The position numbers and the translations under genes are program-made. Of a stretch of 64,000 nucleotides of DNA, positions 48,420 to 64,000 are shown piece after piece (position 1 is the stretch's first letter; each line of letters begins with the position of its first letter). This DNA is from the human T2T-CHM13v2.0 reference genome, Homo sapiens. The notes under the pieces were generated by a model. The model saw only the letters and a list, made by a program, of their open reading frames with translations, did not search any database and had not been told where the DNA came from. The stretch lies in assembly GCF_009914755.1 (NCBI RefSeq), contig NC_060926.1, one strand, 5' to 3'.

Positions 48420-48653
48420 TTAAAGGCACAAAGCAAAAGAAGATATCCAAATGGCCAATAACTAAAACTAAGACTAATAACTAAATAAATAAAACTAATA
48501 ACTAAAACTAAGACTGACAATAGCAACTGTTGGAGAAGTATGAAGTAACTGGAACTCTTCATACTTTGTTAGTAAGAGTGTAAACTGGTAAGACCACATG
48601 GGAAAACTTTTTGGTAGTTTATTTGTTAAAAATTTTTATTCATTTATTTTTAA

Positions 48654-49262
<609 letters not shown>

Positions 49263-50639
49263 TGGTAGTTTCTTATGAAATTAAACAGACATCTACCCTA
49301 TGACCCAACAACTCTATTCATGAGAATTTACTCAAGAGAAATAAAAGCATGTATCTACAAAAAGACTTGTAACAAAAACGTTCATAGTGGCTTTATTTTT
49401 AAAAACCAAAAAATGTCTGTCAACCTAAGGGATAAACAAATTGTAGTGTGTTCATACGATGGAATACTACTCAATCATAAAATGAACCAACCACTGATCC
49501 AGGCAACAGCATGCATCTCACAGGCATTATGTTAAACAAAAAAAGCCAGGCCAAAACAGTATAAACTGTATGACTGTATTTATATAACAGGCAAAACTAA
49601 TCTATGGTAATACATGTTGGAATATTGGTTACCTTTGAGTGGAGGGCCACATTGCCTGGGAAGCGGCATGAGGCAACCTTCTGTAGTTATGGAAATGTTT
49701 TTTATTTCGTTACAGATATTGTATTTTTTAGTTCTGGAATTGCCACTTGATTGCCATCTCTATTTCTATGTTGAGATTTTACTACCTTTTCATTCATTAG
49801 AAGTTTAATTTCCTTTATTTCTTGAGCATACTAACATACTTATAATATTTAAAGTCCTTGCCTGCCATTTCTAACATCTGGGTCATCTTGGGGTTGGTCC
49901 CTCCTTGTTGATTTCTCTCTTGATCATGGGTCACATTTTCCTGCTTCTTATATGTCATATGTAAGTAATTTGGGATTGTAGCTTGGACATTGTGAAGGTT
50001 ATATTATAAATACTTTGGATTATGTTAAATTTATCTGAAAGTTATTGATTTGTTTGTTGTAGCAAAAATTGATCTGGGAAGGAAGGAAGGAAGGAAGGGA
50101 GAGAAAGAGAGAGTGAGAAAGAAAGAAAGAAAGAGCCAAACTGAACTTCTAGAATTTAAAAATTCACTGCAGGAATATCAAAATACAGTTGGAAGCCTTA
50201 AGAACAGACTAAACCAAGCTGAGGAAAGAATTTTAGAGGTCAAAGACTGGTCCTTTGAATTAATCCAGTCATATAAAAATAAAGAAAAAAGAATTTTTTA
50301 AAAATGAACCAGACCTCCAAGAGATAAGGGATTAAAAAAGACCAAACCTACACTTCATTGGCATTCCCGAGAGACAGTAAGCAGCTTAGAAAATGTATTT
50401 GAGGATATAGCCTGTGAAAATTTCCCCAGTCTTGCTAGAGAGGTCAACATGCAAATTCAAGAAATTTGGAGAACTCCTGTGAGATACTACACAAGATGAC
50501 CATTCCCAAGACACAAAATCATTAGACTTTCCAAGTTCAATGTGAAAGAAAAATCTTAAAGACAGCTAGAGATAAGGGTGAGATCTCTTACAAAGGGAAC
50601 CCCATTGGGTTATCAGCAGACTTTTCAGCAGAAATCTTA

Positions 50640-54631
<3,992 letters not shown>

Positions 54632-55524
54632 GAATGTTCTGCCGAACTAAACTTCATGTATGAAGGAGAAATGAAATCTTTTTCAGATAAGCAAATGCTA
54701 AAGAAATTTGTTACTTCTAGACCAGCCTTACACGAGGTCCTTAAGGGAGTTCTAAACATGGAAACAAAGGAATGATACCTGCCAGCACAAAAACACAGTT
54801 AAGCCCAGAAACATACGTAGCCTAGAGATCCTCTAAAGCAACTACATAATTGAGGCTACAAAGCAATCAGCTAAGAGCATCATGACAAGATCAAACCTCA
54901 CATATCAATATTAACCTTTTGTTAATTGTCTAAAATGCCCCACTTAAAAGGCACAGAGTGGCAAGTTGGATAAGTAAACAAAACCCAACAGTCTACTGTC
55001 TTCAAGAGACTCATCTCACATGTAACAACACCCATAGGCTCAAAATAAAGGAATGGAAAAAGGTCTATCACACAAATGGAAAACTAAAAAGAGCAGGAGT
55101 CTTTATATATTCTGTTATATCAGATAGAACAGACTTTAAACCAACAACAGTAAGAAAGGACAAAGAAGGAAATTACATAATGATAAAGGATTCAATTCCA
55201 CAAGAAGACCTAACTATTCTAAATATATTTGCACTCAACATTGGAGCACCTAGATTCATTAAAAAGTACTTCTAGACCTACAAAAAGACTTAGAGAGCCA
55301 GACAATAATAGTAGGGTACTTCAACACCCCCGCTGATAGCATTAAACAAATCACCAAGGCAGAAAACTAGCAAAGAAATTCTGGACTTAAAACTACACTT
55401 GACCAATTGGACCTAACATCAATCTAGAGAATACTCTGTCCAAAATCACAGAATACACATTTTTCTTGTTTGCACGCAGAACATACTCTTAAGACCAACC
55501 ACATCAGCCATAAAGCAAGCCTCA

Positions 55525-55809
<285 letters not shown>

Positions 55810-58478
55810 TTATAGAGTCTTCAAAAAAAAAAAAGAATCAAAATCATATGAAGCATACTCTCAGACCACAGTGGAATAAAAATGAAATCAATACCAAGAA
55901 GATCTCAAAAGCACACCATTACATGGAAATTAAATAACTGCTCCTGAATGACTTTTGGGCAGATAATGAAATTAAGGCAGAAATAAAACAAATTCTTTGA
56001 AATTAATGAAAACAGAGATACAACATACCAAAATCTCTAGGATGCAGCAAAAGCAGTTTAAGAGGAAAAATTGTAGTGCTAAGTGCCTACATTAAGAAGT
56101 TAGAAAGATCTCAAATTAATAATCTAACATCACACCTAGAGGAACTAGAGATACAAGAACAAACAAACCCCAAAGCTAGCAGAAGAAATCACTAAAGCCA
56201 GAGCAGAATGGAATGAAATTGAGACCAAAAATCCATAAAAAAGATTAACAAAAGCTTGAAAGCTTGAAACCTTGAAAGGAAACGTTGGTTCCTTGAAAGG
56301 ATGAACATGACTGATGAACTTCAAAAGTAACCTTGGTTCCTTCAAAGGATAAACATGATTGATGAACCACTAGCTAGATTAACAAAGAGAAAAAAAAGAT
56401 CCAAATAAGCACAATTAGAAATGACAAAGGTGACATTACAACTGATCCCACAGAAATACAAAAGATACTCAGAGACCATTATGAACAAATCTATGCACAT
56501 CAATTAGAACATCTAGAGGAAATAGATAAATTCCTGGAAACACACAACCTCCCAAGATTGAATTGGAAATAAAATGAAACCCTGAACAGACCGATAATGA
56601 GTTCTGAAATTGAATTAGTAATAAAAGAAAAAAAAACATAACAACCAAAAAATTCCCTGGCCCAGATGGATTCACAATCAAATTCTACCAGACATACAAA
56701 TCCTCAACAAACTAGGCATTGAAGGAACATACCTCAAAATACTAAGAGCCATCACTGATGAACTCACAGCCAACATCATACTGAATAGGCAAAAGTGGGA
56801 AGCATTCCCCTTGAGAACTGGATCAAGACAAGTGTGCCCACTCTCACCACTCCTACTCAACATAGTACCAGAAGTCCTAGCCAGAGCAATCAGGCAAGAT
56901 AAATAAATAAAAGGCACTCAAATAGGAAAAGAAGAGGCCAAACTATCTCTCTTCATGGATGATATAATTCTGTATCTAGGAAACCCTAAACTGGAAGACA
57001 GCTAGAACTCATAAACAACTTCATTAAAGTTTCAAGATACAAAATCAATGTACAAAAGTCAGTAGCATTTCTATACACCAATAACGTTCAAACTGAGAGC
57101 CAAATCAGGAATACAATCCCAACTATAATAGCCACAAAAATATTTTAAAATCTAGGAATACACTTAGTAAAGGAGGTGAAAGATCTCTACAAGGAGAAAC
57201 ACAAAACACTGCTGAAAGAAATCATAGATGATACAAACAAATGGAAAAACATCCATGCTTTTGGATTGGAAGAATCAATATTGTTAAAGCAGTCTACAGA
57301 TTTAACACTATTCCTATCAAACTACCAACATCATTTTTCACATAATTAGGGAAAAAAAAACTATTGTAACCCAAATGGAGGCTGAATAGCCAAAGTAATC
57401 CTAAGCCAAAAGAACAAAGCCAGAGGCATCACTTTACCTGATTTCAAACTATATTACAAGGCTACAGTAATCAAAACAACATGGTACTGGTATTAAAACA
57501 GATACATAGACCAATAGAACAGAACAGAGAACCTAGAAATAAAGCCACACATCTGCAATCATCTGATCTTTGACAGGTGACAAAAATAAGCAATGGGGAA
57601 AGGACTCCCTATTCAATAATTGGTGCTGGGATAAATGGCTAGCCTATGCAGAAGAATGAAACTGGACCCCTACATTTCACCATATACAAAAATGAACTCA
57701 AGATGAACTAAGAACTTAAATGTAAGACCTCAAACTATAGAACTCCTAGAAGAAAACCTGGGAAATACCCTTCTTGATGATGGCTTTGGGAAAGAATTTA
57801 TGGTTAAGTCCTCAAAAGCAATTACAACAAAAACAAAACTCGGCAAATGGGACCTAATTAAACTAAAGAGCTTCTGCACAGCGAAAGAAACTATTAACAG
57901 AGTAAACAGACAACAGAATGGGAGAAAGTATTCACAAACTGTGCATCTGGCAAAGGTCTAATATCCAGGATCTATAAGGAAGTTAAGCAAACCAACAAAT
58001 AAAACACAAATAACCCCATTAAAAAGTGGGCAAAGGACATGAACAGACACTTCTCAAAAGAAGATTTACAAGCAACTAACAAACATATGAAAAAATGCTC
58101 ATCATCACTAATCATCAGAGAAATGCAAATCAAAACCACAGTAAGATACCATCTCACACTATGGCTATTTAAAACTTTTAAAAATAAATGCTGGCAAGGC
58201 TGTGGAGAAAAGGGAATGCTTATACACTGTTGGTGGGAATGTAAATTAGCTCAGTCACTAGGGAAAGCAGTTTGGAGATTTCACAAAGAACCAAAAATAG
58301 AACTACCATTCAACCCAGCAGTCCCATTACTGGATATACACCCAAAGGAAAATAAATCATTCTGCCAAAAAGACACATGCACCCATATGTTCATCACAGC
58401 ACTTTTCACAATAGCAAAAACATGGAATCAATCTAGGTGCCCATTAATGGTGGACTGGATAAGTAAAATGTGGTGCAT

Positions 58479-61178
<2,700 letters not shown>

Positions 61179-61582
61179 AAAATATGGTGCATATACACCA
61201 TGGAATACTATGCAGCTATAAAAAAAGAACAAAATCATGTCCTTTGCTGCAACATGGATGCAGCTGGAGGCCATAATTCTAAGAGAACTGATGCAGAAAG
61301 AGAAAACCAAATACTGCATGTTCTCACTTATAAGTAAGAGCTAAATATTGGGTACACATGGACATAAAGATGGGAACAAGAGACAGATTATAAGTGGGGT
61401 GAAGTAGGGAGGAGCGCAAGGGTTGAAAAACTACCTATTGGGTACTATGCTCACTACCTAGATGATGGGTTCAATTGTACTCCAAACCTCAGCATCATGC
61501 AATGTACCCTTGTACAAGTCTGCACAAGTACCCACTGAATCTAAAATAAAAGTTGAAAAAAAAAAAAACATTAGGTTAATTA

Positions 61583-62025
<443 letters not shown>

Positions 62026-62029
62026 GGTA

Positions 62030-63230
<1,201 letters not shown>

Positions 63231-63482
63231 TCAGTGTGGAGAGCGTTCTTAGAGGTCACCGGTGTGGAAGCTGAGGCTTCCTCACCTTGCTTCCCCTGCA
63301 CCACACTGCAGAGGCCAACACCTATTTCTTATTAGGTCACAGTTCTCTCAGCAGGTGAGGCATTAATGGCCAAGAAAAAGAAAGGATGAGAATACAATCA
63401 TGAATAAGTCTAGCAAGGGAAATATTTTTAGGTGTTTTTATTATTTTTTATTTTTTATTTTTTATTTTTTTGCTCTGGAAAC

Positions 63483-63893
63483 TGTTAGTCCAAACTGCAC
63501 CATTTTGTAACCCCCCAGCCATTTCGCAGACCTCGGTCAAAGTGAAACATTCCACAGGGGTTCGGGCTGTGACAAACAGCCTGCCCAACCGCTTGACTCT
63601 CTTATTATATTCTGCTGGAAGAAAGTGTAAGGAACCTCACACTGCACTGGAACAGGCACCAAACTGCCTAATCATGGGAACATGTTATCAACATTTTCCC
63701 AGGCAGCAGGCCATGCCCCCTGTTCCAGACCCCTCCCACCTAGCCTATAATTGCCCCAGCCTGTAAGTGGCGATGGCCATTGGCATTAAGCTGCAGGTCT
63801 TATGCTGGACATAAAGCCGGCATTTGCTGTAAAGCCACCACTCTCTCTCTTTGTGTCTTTCTTTAACCCTAGCCTTCCCTTCAAAACCCAACA
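63483..63893 (+). mobile_element. MER61-like ERV1 solo LTR
   Basis: TGTTAGTCCAAACTGCACCATTTTGTAA...CCCAACA termini. Confidence 0.75.
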
Positions 63894-64000
63894 AAAACTA
63901 TTTATAAGACAATTTTTCTTCATCCTCCAGTAAGAACCTAATTTTTTGTTTGTTTGTTTTGGTTTGGTTTTGGAGTTTTTTGTTTGTTTGAGACAAGGTT

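Overview
Primate (apparently human) genomic DNA. It holds the head-to-head gene pair MITD1 (minus strand; only coding exon 1 lies in the window) and MRPL30 (plus strand; all 6 exons, 161-aa CDS reconstructed with canonical GT-AG junctions), which share a short CpG-rich bidirectional promoter at about 5.86-6.13 kb. From about 23 kb onward the sequence is a dense, deeply nested repeat field: Alu, L1, L2, MIR, LTR/ERV and hAT MITEs. The main unexpected observation is a decayed SPATA31/FAM75-family-like coding relic. It is shattered into four pieces (about 27.0-27.4, 38.15-38.45, 38.8-39.2 and, more weakly, 39.97-40.27 kb) by a near full-length L1, LTRs and an Alu, and its reading frame rejoins across the L1 target-site duplication (TSD). 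Also notable: a GAS/M-box/NRF1/NF-kB motif cluster in the shared promoter, an L1PA with both a 5' inversion and a 3' transduction, an orphan polyadenylated retro-insert inside MER1A, a truncated Y1 RNA retropseudogene, candidate poison exons, and inverted Alus in the MRPL30 3' UTR. Repeat subfamily names and protein homologies come from recall of consensus sequences, not database searches. Repeat boundaries are approximate unless a TSD is given.
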